64,000 nucleotides of DNA. Origin: Nemertoderma westbladi. Its lineage: Eukaryota > Animalia > Xenacoelomorpha. The position numbers and the translations under genes are program-made. The notes under the pieces were generated by a model. It had not been told where the DNA came from, did not search any database, and saw nothing but the letters and a program-made list of their open reading frames with translations. Below, in pieces: positions 36,801-45,704 of the stretch. Positions within the stretch are counted from its first letter, which is position 1, and every line of letters begins with the position of its first letter. The DNA is taken from positions 71,242 through 135,241 of the forward strand of contig JAUCBJ010006629.1 of assembly GCA_032718475.1 (NCBI GenBank). The letters run 5' to 3'.

Positions 36801-37269
36801 CCCGGTGGTTCCAACTTACCTGCTCCGCGTCCGTCCTTCTTTCCTTATAGTTTCGGGACTTCTGACGTCTCATTTCTTCCTCTTCATCGCTTGACTCAGT
36901 GTCAGTCCTTAGCGCTCGCGATGGTTTGCGCGCCGAGGCCCTGCGCTTGCGTCCTTCTGGGCTCCTCTCTGATGACTCCGAGGCGCACCCATGAGGCGGA
37001 CGCTGTCCCACCACCCCTGGGGCCAGTCTGACTGATGTTATTATCAGACCGGGCCGGAGGGTGGCCCGATGCTTCCCGGGCTCTGTTTTCGGTCCCCCGA
37101 TCACACCGGCACAGCTCGTCGAACGTGTAGCCAGATGGGCGGCTACTGTCAACTTACTGTGGCCTGACTGTACATTGAGCCAACTCAGAGAGTCAACCGG
37201 CGGGTGGACCAGTCGATAGCGATCAAGCACCAAGGTCGCCCTTGGGCCTAACCGACGGTCTTGTCCCAA
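30850..37269 (-). CDS. pol: BEL/Pao Gag(core)-Pol polyprotein; true start uncertain
   Basis: DUF1759-like KFMGNHKHWRTF..EKFNYL, three Cys-His boxes, protease LDTAS, RT YMDD, RNase H HLFSDAS, integrase GVDCFGP/SDKGTNF/WERLVRSVK and C-terminal FWEYWREYYLP. Confidence 0.95.
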   Translation of the reverse strand: MGQDRRLGPRATLVLDRYRLVHPPVDSLSWLNVQSGHSKLTVAAHLATRSTSCAGVIGGPKTEPGKHRATLRPGLIITSVRLAPGVVGQRPPHGCASESSERSPEGRKRRASARKPSRALRTDTESSDEEEEMRRQKSRNYKERRTDAEQVSWNHRERTRLNNPAELNHLLTRNDATLRDIGKFAARQGLPTQQPQKFMGNHKHWRTFKTYVDEQLTNSTFTPNEKFNYLLQMLHREPRAIADNFVGNERAFELAMKTLSDIYGNKTKMAQSIVEDLGKGGRITTPLELLNLANAISNALDILRTVNLPHHGDHAEVLKSVIRRLNMRYRQKWRKLENKLEGQGKVLTLQHIHDMIATDAVAEMKSNFSEENMRESKPVTGKSMVSFDDDRTTVTFNSVDRYNSSTPAFRSDSRVWSGERLDRPRLKQQELPDGFVGCQYCLLKEVRSDDHKLDSCRRFKELNSEQRRVQVRTLDTCWACLAPGHIRRQCPNSKDGCMECGRLHHKLLHADFHTPTDRYLQRNPQRKGSKEPVSIRRNTYTGIQDDGYQPGSSDEDGESSAREVTCQGFTADSSSTSARTYLSSATSEIFSVIPVKLTGDKGSKRIYLMLDTASTLSYIDEEVARAVSSFQDAEEIQIELKSMHGVGDLKGHRISVELDSLLPRDQHTRQERKALPLDGFKCLAMKGFGRQLGKVPPMSPIAQEYFDKLRIPRHQVGYRNVSMLIGAEQLIAHQIWETRPAEPHVNGPHAHRTILGWYTRVPMSYEFTGGDKPMDRYDELQPITQPPLVEPPDIDEFRRTCIDHYSDFSESDEELIPDNVRLSEPLHNDRTDSEPEDYCYQTRGSGSAAHATYLTNVLTYTDIVEGQVAKYRDLDIFQYSEEELQKELIRQDLETGARTVEWLDRDAMEPGGYDLAMSTDEKRSLEMMEDTIRLLPTGHFEVGMLWRRQPPKLENNYSLALKRLNGVRARLLKNPDIREKYCAQINNYFAKGFAGKVEDPDLVTDQTYYLPHHYVTHPDKPDKVRVVNDCAAVYRGMSLNSELMDGPNLNNYLIGILLRFRQRRFAFTCDIEAMFHQVRACKADQDSLRFLWFENEDLSGPVVTYQMYVRIFGARDSPNGTLFVLKKTATAQIGKYPVEVIESILRNFYMDDGLVSKDTAEQAIEVAHGLQECLATGGFPLTKFTTNSEALLESFPVKDRGSGDIELGVEPIPMARVLGLAWNPNSDKFQVRVRFEPSSPDKVLTKRICLSTLSRLFDPMNFISPVILQARACMRKIWLSDLEWDEPISPIHAKQWREWEAELHLLNNIDVPRSYFPNQLVFPADLELHLFSDASDTGFGMVAYLRREVSQDKFETAFVTSRSKTMPVKYMTVPRAELQAAVVSVEVSKQITEELDTTLTLFYWTDASLVLVYIAADNNALKTFVANRRAQIVDFSTKEQWRHCPGVLNPADITSRGAMPAEFCREESQEFWLHGPDFLTRTQEHWPERLKIVTNPMPEDAEVKVEKVSKSKSKAKLKSLERPEESLERPEELLERPGDLSDQQTYVTTRSGRVSYDVKPPLQTRRQSQLVSDGQKMTDTMEPLVSKPAGLDSKLPLVRGQPSLALESCSIYDKLLNSSASWLTICKRTAWLSRYVSYLCLKHSKHLREPLSTNSERIRKLKRPLTEDEIDQAELKHLKHYQMCAFPKEFHLLSAHRPVLYKPLRKWSPLIHKGLICHRSRIQTVDINSQFRFPVIIPSHPIELQRAILWDIHKRLHHAGRLHCLSAARQRFILLQPSRAVGTMYDACLVCKRVNARVLEQEMAELPEARVQAYDPPFTNTGVDCFGPIEAKSGRLTHKRWGLLLTCMASRAIHIERVADMSTKSLLLALKRFMARRGLVKAFYSDKGTNFVGGNSELNAAHKAAQNKEISAALLPQRVEWRFNTPESPWRGGSWERLVRSVKQAIAKTLPVNKQLTDDELVTAFIEIEHTLNSRPIAMLPDGVALTPNHLLMQSPAFLVPASEPISADLYSRKSWKVTQLVAYTFWEYWREYYLPTISTRTKWYKTVRSLQRGDYVLITEPIVKRKYWETGVILHTHPDVQNIVRTVTVKIRCKCPHPKKCKTNGLHTLDRPVQDIVLLEETRIETGDYNLSPASKQS

Positions 37270-38123
37270 GTGGGCTTGTGCTACCCAACATGGAATATTG
37301 ACACGTTTTCACCCGCCTCGCCGGCAGTATTGAGGGGAAGTAAGTTCCACAAACAATACTGACTATCTCGAAAGCTAGGAACAAGTAACCACTTACCAGT
37401 CCTATACACGTGTACTCAACAGATGTTCACAATATCAAGTACACTACGGTAAACACAAAATCGGACACATACCATGCACACACAGAGGACATAATCGTGA
37501 AAGACAAAATCGGTGTCAAAATCGGGAGGGACTAGTTGTATCGACTTGAGAGAGAATGAGAAAGTCGAGAGTACTTTATTTTACCGACAAGGTAAAATAA
37601 CTTGTGTGCACAAAGTATGCTGGGGCGCAGTAAAGTATGGTCCTACTAATACCAGCGGCGTCTTGTCCAACCGGCAAGGTTTCCCATACTCACTCGCAGT
37701 GGCCACACATACAATCACGTGTACTCACATACCCACAGCAACAGAAAGCTCATCTCAGACCTAAACACACTCCAAAAACCAATCAGCTGAACATGGAGAC
37801 AATAACATATAGTATCAAAAAAAACGGAACAGCTGACGGTCAATGGCACACATCCAAGCCCCAAAGCTAACTGCCACTGCTCGCCCACATACAAATCACA
37901 GTTCATACCACATGAACCACAAATCACGCCATGCCACCACCCCTACTGTGTACAGGACTGGCAGTACGGCAACAGGCCGACTAGACGGTACCACGGCACC
38001 ATGTCGATTCATGGTTCGCTAGACACGAGGGCCTTCAGTATCTCCCTTGCACTTAGAGGAAGCATTTAACTTTAACGTGTCCCCAGACCCTCACGAGTCC
38101 GCCGCCGCCTGTTTTGGGCACAC

Positions 38124-40511
38124 TTATAGAGACCTCACCTCCTTAGGCACCCAAGCTTCCTCAATAAATCTTTCTGCCGAATTTTCGAAATTGGGATTAT
38201 GGATATTCGGGACAGGCGTCCTTACCTGAGGTCTATGTGGTATAGTCTCCTCCGATATGCGTACTCGTTGACTAGGCTGGACTTTATCTAACTCAGGCCT
38301 GCTAGGATTAGAATTACTTCTTACCTGGGCTGCTTCCTTTAACCGTAGGTTGCTAAGCATGTCCGTTATAGGTTGGATGTGCGGCGATATAGCTTGCGCT
38401 AAACTAGCACTTAACTCGTCCCTCGTAATAAATTCCTGGCTAGGGTTCTGTTGTATAGTCGGCTCTATCTGAGTAATCCGCTGTCTCTCATATGATCCCT
38501 CTTCCGGTTTAACCCGGAAGTTCTCCGTCGAACTGGGTCGGCGCTCCGTCCGCGTATTCCAAACCCGCGGGTTCGGTTCGCCAAGTACTCGTCCTGTCGG
38601 AGTTTCTTCTCTAAATTCTCCGTTCGCTCGTTCGGTGTATAGTGGTGCGGTGTTCCGATGACGTAGATCCTGGGCGATAGGTGAAGCACTAATACCAACT
38701 GGCGTGCGATATGTAGAGAACGGTTTAACGATCCGTGTACTCGTAATAGCTGGACCGGGTATAGGAATTCTGGTCGTCATTGACTCGCGTATAGTCGGAG
38801 TTCTCGCTTCCTGTTCGGCCTTCTGCAGTGCGAACAGTTCTCGCAACTCTGTCCCTACACTCGCCCCACATTCTTCGATCATTCGCATCCCCTTCTCGGC
38901 GATTTCATTCGCCTTCCTAGTCCGTTCTTCGCTCTCTAAACTTAATCTCGCACTTTCCAACTGCGCCAGTTTACGCTCTTCTTCTTCCCTCGCTCGTCTC
39001 GCTGCGCTCTCTTCTTCCACTCGCGCCTTTTCTTCATACAATGCGCGTCTTCTTTTCTCGATCTCGAGTTCGCGTTCCTTGCGTCCGCGTTCGAGTTGAA
39101 GCTCGCGCTCCTTCTGTTCACGATCGAGTTTCTTGCGCTCGCGTTCGGCTTGGAGTTCGCGTTTCTTCGCTTCCTGTTCGCGTTCGAGTTGGAGTTCGCG
39201 TTTCTTCGCTTCCCGTTCGCATTCAAGTTGGAGTTCGCGTTTCTTCGCTTCCCGTTCGCATTCGAGTTGGAGTTCGCGTTCTCTCTGTTCGCGTTCGAGT
39301 TCCTCGCGCTCGCGCTCGGCTTGGAGTTCACGTTCCCTTTGCTCGCGTTCCGCTCGCTCGCGCTTACTTATCTCTTCCAACTCTCGTAACTCTGCGTCCA
39401 ACTTACGTGTGCGCTCCCGTTCCCGCTCGGCTTCCTTCCGTGCTTCCTGTGCACGCAAAACTTCCGCCTGCTGTTCGTCTAGTCGGCGTCTTCTCTCCTC
39501 CGCCGAGTTGTGAGAAACAAGGGATCTAGCACATATTACCTTACCTCGCGCGTGACTAACCTGGGAATCGCCGCTGTCTCTAGATGCGTCGTCGGGTGGA
39601 GTCAACGTCCTCTGTTGAATGTTCTCCGTCGTCGGTAGCACCTGGCCTGGTACCACCACTCCATTCTGCATCAGCCAGCTAGTAACTTCCCTCTGATAAC
39701 GGCGCTCTTCCTTATCTTGGATCTCTTCTCGCTCCACTAACTCTCTCAACTCTGCGTCACTCACTTGAGTCGCCTGCGTTTGTGATGCCCATAGCAGCCA
39801 GTTCTCCGTCCTAACTCGTCGGAATCGCTCCGATAACTCGCGGTGCTCTAACAAGGCTGCTAAAACCCTGTCGTAAATCCTCGTTGCTACGTCGCTCGAC
39901 TGAGACTCTACTGCCTTCTTCGCTAGGACTGCAAGCTCCTCTGTCTGCTTGAATAACGCTGAGTTATATCCTCTTCTAATCTCTACTAACTCTACCCTCC
40001 CGATGTTCGCTGGGTCAGCTAACATCTTCCTTACCTTGTCCGCCGTCCGAGTTATATGTCCGGCATGCGCGCGAAGTTTCTTCTTTATCGCGATATCAAG
40101 TTCTCTCTCGCTTACCTGACTCACACTCGGTGGACTTGAAGGATTATTTCGGGAACTACGGGTACTCCTAACAGCCGTCGGGACCACGGCACTTACCATA
40201 CCCACAGGTCTGGAAACCGGGCTCCGGGCTCTCGCTTCTGCTACACTACCCTCCCTATCACTCACCTCTGTCCGGGTTGCTGTACAATCCTTCCTTACAG
40301 TAGCGGTAGGGGATCCTAATACTATTACCTGAGGCTGCTGTTCTTCCTCACTAGTCACTGTCTCGTCCTCCTGTTCACTTACGTCAGCGTCGCTCGCTGC
40401 GTCGTCATAGTCGGCATTGTCATCAACAGTAATATTTACGCTATCGTCAGTCGGCGGTCCAGCCGCCGTCTCATAGCTGTCCTCTAGTGCCTCTTTGTCT
40501 GAGACACTCAT
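38124..40511 (-). CDS. BEL ORF1 (795 aa): acidic N-terminus and long E/R/K coiled coil, Gag N-terminal-like
   Basis: ATG-initiated open frame downstream of the 5' LTR; tandem RELQLE(C/R)EREAKK repeats. Confidence 0.8.
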   Translation of the reverse strand: MSVSDKEALEDSYETAAGPPTDDSVNITVDDNADYDDAASDADVSEQEDETVTSEEEQQPQVIVLGSPTATVRKDCTATRTEVSDREGSVAEARARSPVSRPVGMVSAVVPTAVRSTRSSRNNPSSPPSVSQVSERELDIAIKKKLRAHAGHITRTADKVRKMLADPANIGRVELVEIRRGYNSALFKQTEELAVLAKKAVESQSSDVATRIYDRVLAALLEHRELSERFRRVRTENWLLWASQTQATQVSDAELRELVEREEIQDKEERRYQREVTSWLMQNGVVVPGQVLPTTENIQQRTLTPPDDASRDSGDSQVSHARGKVICARSLVSHNSAEERRRRLDEQQAEVLRAQEARKEAERERERTRKLDAELRELEEISKRERAEREQRERELQAEREREELEREQRERELQLECEREAKKRELQLECEREAKKRELQLEREQEAKKRELQAERERKKLDREQKERELQLERGRKERELEIEKRRRALYEEKARVEEESAARRAREEEERKLAQLESARLSLESEERTRKANEIAEKGMRMIEECGASVGTELRELFALQKAEQEARTPTIRESMTTRIPIPGPAITSTRIVKPFSTYRTPVGISASPIAQDLRHRNTAPLYTERANGEFREETPTGRVLGEPNPRVWNTRTERRPSSTENFRVKPEEGSYERQRITQIEPTIQQNPSQEFITRDELSASLAQAISPHIQPITDMLSNLRLKEAAQVRSNSNPSRPELDKVQPSQRVRISEETIPHRPQVRTPVPNIHNPNFENSAERFIEEAWVPKEVRSL

Positions 40512-41695
40512 AGTCTAAATAATATTTGCCTTCCGGCAAAAATCTCGCAAAAGTTCGAGATATAATTATAATTTAACCGAAATACGGTCAAATTATTTGT
40601 CAAATAATCAGTTGGTCCAAATGTCAAATAAATTCGCAATGCAATATTGTGAATTTAATGGGGTATATAGTTATAGCAAATACTAACACAATATTTAAAC
40701 AAAAAATATTATTATATAGCTACTATATAGTATTAAATACCGGTATAGCACAAAATAACTTTGAATCTAATACAAAATATTCAAAATAAACTTGCCACCC
40801 GAATATTTCTAATTTTATATATATAGCTCCAATCAACGTAATTTTAATTTCAAATATTATATGTATCCACTAGCGCGTGGCTACATCTTCGGGTTGCGAC
40901 TCTCTCTAACTCTCTCTCTAACTTGAGCGATTCAAAAAACCATGGCCGGCTAAACCTAAATATCCTAACTAATAAATTGAGTTCAGCTTCGCAGTTAAAC
41001 AACCGGTAATTTTTTACTGCTTCCACAAACACAGTGGTGCCAACAGAACAACTAACCTTGTTTGCTGTGAGATTCCACGTCCGCGTCCAAAGATTCAGGC
41101 CCTTCGCTGATTGCAAACCGAACCCGCAGACCCACACGAACCCCAAACTCAGAAGTTCCGTCTTGCCATGTATCTCCAGATGGTATAAAATAACTAAGCG
41201 GTTACCTAACATACCGGTACAAAACTCTAGAATTTTACAAAATAATTTTGACCGAAAACTGAATTCTCGCAAACCTAGCTAAAATTTTCAAAAAACTTAC
41301 TAATTACTGTTTGCCCTAAGGCCTAAGGAACTGCTGTATTCGCAATTAGCAAAACGCACTACCGTACATTCACTGTATGCAGCACAGTAAGTAAAACAGT
41401 ACACCAACCTAACAGCCTAATGATACTGTGTGTGGTACGGCAAACAAATGTCCTTCTACCGTCCGCAGTAACAACAATCAGCCTAATGTACTACTGTACT
41501 ATTGTACGCAGCCAGTGAATACAGTAATCTAAACTAACAGCCTAATAGAATAAATATACTCAATGTCTTACTGTACGCTAGCCTATAGCCTACAGCAGAC
41601 GATCACGTGCTCTAACTTATTACTTAATACTGTGATACTACTAATCAGCCTAAGAATACTCTATTGACTGTACGCTACAGCCTACAGCCAATAAA

Positions 41696-41706
41696 GCGCG
41701 TATTAC
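41696..41706 (-). other. Primer-binding-site position: GTAATACGCGC, non-tRNA and complementary to the LTR-internal 11-mer at 42746-42756
   Basis: Directly abuts the terminal CA of the 5' LTR; no TGG; exact 11-bp inverted repeat. Confidence 0.6.
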
Positions 41707-43835
41707 TGATAAACAACCGCGACCTCTATACTAACAGCAGAACTGTTGAACAGACCAATACCCGTTAATATCCTTCTGCCAACCTAATAAGTTCTCGTCT
41801 AACCAATAAGACACGAAGACTGCTCTACTGTTAAGTAAAGGGGCTCAGGAGCGTGATATTACTAAATTGTAAGGGTTGCTAAATACAAACCGCTACTTAC
41901 CGTTAGATGGCGCTAATCTGCCGTCCGCTAATATATTTTACTAAATTTACACAACTCCTGCAAAATCGCTTGTTCCTTTCTCTACCGATTGCTCGATAGA
42001 GAGCTAACTGTTCGAATCTATGAGCCACGCAGGAATAACCAAAACAATAAACCCGAGTCGGCTCCCTAAGCTTACTTAAGACGAGTGCGAGAGGCCTTGC
42101 ACTCAGAGTATTCTTACGCCTAATTTTATCACTATTAAAGCACGCTATTACCTACGTCTTTCTAATCGCGAATACTGGAGGTTCCCTAACGTAATGTGTG
42201 AATGCGAGAATATTTAAAATATCAAAATGGTACAGTATCTGTTTCTACGTGGATAATACCACTCCGAGTCTAAAACTGCCCGCGACTGGCTTTAGGCCAG
42301 CAAAATTACTAGCGTATCGTGCGTACCGAATAGTGCGTTCTAGCTGATTGCCCGCTAATGCAAATAACCGCTCAGCGTGAATAGTTTACAGTACACTAAT
42401 TATTACCTTAGCTACTCTCCGCTATGCTGCGTACTAATTCTTAATTTTTTACTAATTAATTACAGTCACAAATATTTAACAGCGTACTAATTACTAAGAG
42501 TTCCAGAATACGTAATTCTAATTTATCACGCAACAGGTTTCGCTAGTAATAGCCTAAATTGCCGTATTACTTTGACCTAATCAATAACTAATTATTGTAA
42601 CTAAGAAATAGAAATCAATCAAAGGAAAAAGAGCGCCTATCTAAGCATTCGTAATCTTAGGCACACTTCAATAACACACCAATCAGCGTTAGAAATCACA
42701 GTTTACAATTGTGCAATTCACTACTCGTACTCCACACTCAACGTTGTAATACGCGCAGGCCTCTCCCGGGTACATCTAGGATTCCTAACTAACCCAATTC
42801 CTGCCCCCCTAATACTAAATAGAGACAAAACCTGGATCATCAGCCCCCTAGATACTGTACCGGCGATCGGTCTGCGTGCCGCAGTGCAAGATACCCGCCC
42901 GCAACGGTGACCCTGGCCAGCGTTGCCCGCTTTGAATCCTCCGCTCTCTCCTAGTCGCTCAACCCCCCGATGCGCCCACCGCCCACTGGCACCTTAGCCC
43001 TCCATGATGCTAATAGCTACCGTAGCGGCGCATGCAAATCACAAAGTCTGACAGTCTCAGGAATCCCTTGGGATTATTGCGCAGAAAAGAATCACATAGA
43101 ACCATCAATCAAAGGTAGAAATCATAGTTCGATTGTAATTTGCAGTAATCGAAGGAATTATTGAGAAACACAAGCAAAGTAATCGCACTAGCAAATTATT
43201 CCAAGAAATTAATCAAAATTAGCAAATTGCAGAAAATACGATATCCTAATACAAAATTAGAGACAGCTCAGCAAGTAAATTGTAACAGGGGTGTGTCATG
43301 TGATAAGGCATGAACATATGAACAAATATATGAACAACAAAAAGCCCTACCGGCACACCGCCAATTTATAGGTGATCCGGATGGGGTGATGCAATAAGGT
43401 GACTCAATCGCTCTCCCATTGGCTCTCCAGTCCATGCTAGCATTAAACCAACCTGGAAGCAGTTAATCCAATAAGGAGACCGGATTGTAGCCCTATGCCC
43501 TCAAATTATTACCATATATGGTAATGGATCACGTCTCTGGCTGCTGAATGGCCAGGACAGCGTCCCTATATGCTAGCCCTATCAAACTAATATCAGCAAG
43601 CACAAAATCCAGGGTCCGAGTAAACTCGCTACCCTGGAACTATCTACATATATCCTAATACAAAATTACGTAGGTAGGGCTACATACTATACAAAATGAA
43701 TGGATGCAAAATATATGGGCGTTTTAACTTCCTTACCTAAATGTCACCACACTGCGCCTTATAATACTACATGGACTAATACTGCATACTGCATAATGGA
43801 CTAATACTGTGGATACAGCGCCATATACCGTAACA
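41707..43835 (-). repeat. 5' LTR (2129 bp)
   Basis: Sense TGTTACGG...TTTATCA; about 7 substitutions and 2 indels versus the 3' LTR. Confidence 0.97.
43330..43422 (-). promoter_or_regulatory. Candidate LTR promoter
   Basis: Sense CCAAT (43422-43418), AP-1-like TGAGTCA (43406-43400) and TATAAA (43370-43365). Confidence 0.45.
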
Positions 43836-43840
43836 CCAAT

Positions 43841-45064
43841 CTTGATACTGAAGGGGATATTGGGTTTTTCTTAATTTGCGATTTGAAATATCCCAAAGAT
43901 ATTCATGATCGTACATTAGAACTACCCTTAGCCCCAGAACATTTAAGTGTAAATGAGACAATGCTTTCACCATATATGAGGGAACAATATAACAATGTTT
44001 GTAAACAAAGAGGTACTAATAGCAAGTATAAGATGTGTACCCCAAAACTTATGTTGACACAATTCGATAAAGAATTCTATCATGTAAATTTGAAACTGTT
44101 AAAATTTTATATAAAACAAGGTTTAATTGTTACTAAGCTCCATAAATTATATTCTTTCCATCAAGACTTTGTATTTGAACCCTATATAGATTTTAATATT
44201 AATCAAAGGCGTTTAGCAAAAACGTATATTGAAACAGCTGTTGTGAAGCTTTTGAATAATTCGTTATTTGGAAAAACGATTGAAAAAATAAGAGACCGAT
44301 GCAACTTTCGTATCGCTAATAGTAAAGAGAAGTGCGATTTGTTGGTCAAACGTATAAATCACGAAAATTTCATGATTTATAACGATTCCTTATCGGGACA
44401 TTTATTAGTGAAAGACTCTGTAACTCTCGATAAGCCGGTCTATGTAGGTAGTACTGTCTTGGACTTGGCTAAATTGGATATGTATGAGTTGTATTACAAT
44501 AAATTGCTACCTATTGAGAAAGAATTAAACTGCCGAATTTAAATTGTAGCATCAGATACGGACTCTTTAATAGGTTGTTACTATAATACATCGCAGAATA
44601 ATTTTTTAAAAGCCTTAATTAAAAATAATATTCTAGATACATCCAATTACCCCAAGGATCACCCTCTCTACAGCGATAAAAATAAATCCAGGCTCTATTA
44701 CTGCAAAGACGAACTAGCCTCACGTGAAATTAAACAAGCGGTATTTTTAAGACCAAAATTATATTCAATTTTAGAATGGAATGAATCCAATATACGACGG
44801 GCGAAAGGAATAACAAGAGCTGTCGTGGATAAAAATATTTGCCACGAAGATTATTTGAGGGCATATTACGATAACGAAGAAATTTCTAAGGGGATGCACC
44901 AATTTCAGAGTAAATTACATAAGGTGTATACAGTAGCACGTGATAAGTTTGCTCTCAGCGCATTTGATGATAAACTTTATTGGGTTAATAAAAATCATTC
45001 GCTTCCCTGGGGTCACTATCAAACAAAGGTTGAAAAAGAAAAACAATATACCTATTTATCGTGA
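43841..45064 (+). pseudogene. polB: pPolB C-terminal part with in-frame TAA at 44540-44542
   Basis: Joins the N-part in frame (YLTN-LDTEGDIGFFLICDLKYP). Motifs KLLNNSLFGK, RI*IVASDTDS, DTSNYP, KDE, RPKLY, AKGI, LSAFDDK. Confidence 0.95.
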
Positions 45065-45072
45065 GCCAAACA

Positions 45073-45618
45073 ATGAACTATCAGATAGTCAATAAGAATG
45101 TAAGTTGCCAGCAAGTGTCAGCGATTAATTTTAAAAAATTAAAAAATCAATTATCTGGTAAACACATACTCAAACCAAATCAGTTTATATATAAGATATT
45201 TGGTGCCACATTATTAATATTTAAAAATGGTCATATTACATTATTAGGCAGTAAGTATAATTTCCAAAAAGTAAAAAAGCATATATTTGATAAAACTAGT
45301 ATTAATTTGATTTTAAAATCTGTTAATTTATGTACTTATATTTTTAGTATTAAGTCTGTAGTCTATAGGTTATTGATAAACAATACCGGGTTTTATGTTG
45401 TCTTTGATAATGTGCAACTTCAAGTTATATATGAACCTGAAATTTTTAATAATTGCAAAATAAGAATAAATCTTACCGTAATCATTTGCTGCTTTCATAC
45501 CGGTAAATGTACTTTAATGTGTTCACCTAGCAAATTTCATATTTATTACCCTATATTTAGTAAACTTGTTAATTATTTATTAATGTTTGGTGTTGTGACT
45601 TTAGGTGTTGGTGATTAG
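45073..45618 (+). CDS. TATA-binding-protein-like protein
   Basis: Two TBP-type half repeats: YQIVN...ATLLIFKNGHITLLGSK and IYEPEIFN...ICCFHTGKCTL, compared with TBP TALIFSSGKMVCTGAK and SYEPELFP...LIFVSGKVVL. Confidence 0.7.
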   Translation: MNYQIVNKNVSCQQVSAINFKKLKNQLSGKHILKPNQFIYKIFGATLLIFKNGHITLLGSKYNFQKVKKHIFDKTSINLILKSVNLCTYIFSIKSVVYRLLINNTGFYVVFDNVQLQVIYEPEIFNNCKIRINLTVIICCFHTGKCTLMCSPSKFHIYYPIFSKLVNYLLMFGVVTLGVGD

Positions 45619-45704
45619 AAGGTGAAAATTAAACATTATTATTTTTCAATCAATCTATCGGTAGTTAGGGAAAACTAACCTCGTTTGAATAAGCATGACT
45701 CTCA

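Larger units (their letters stand above)
23785..43835 (-). mobile_element. BEL/Pao LTR retrotransposon, 20,051 bp, three long ORFs
   Basis: TG...CA LTRs, 5-bp TSD CCAAT (23780-23784, 43836-43840), and a Pao-type gag-PR-RT-RH-IN polyprotein. Confidence 0.97.

Noticed and set aside
30925-39529. Numerous short plus-strand ORFs over gag/pol
   Set aside because: Antisense shadows of long coding frames.
41675-41690. Displaced tRNA PBS starting at sense TGGCTGTAGG
   Set aside because: It lies 16 nt from the LTR, matches no tRNA 3' end I recognise, and is part of the leader AGGCTG repeats; a host tRNA comparison is still advisable.
42775-42850. Hammerhead ribozyme suggested by sense CUGAUGA in the LTR
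   Set aside because: No GAAA closing a stem II and no stem III/cleavage triplet could be built.
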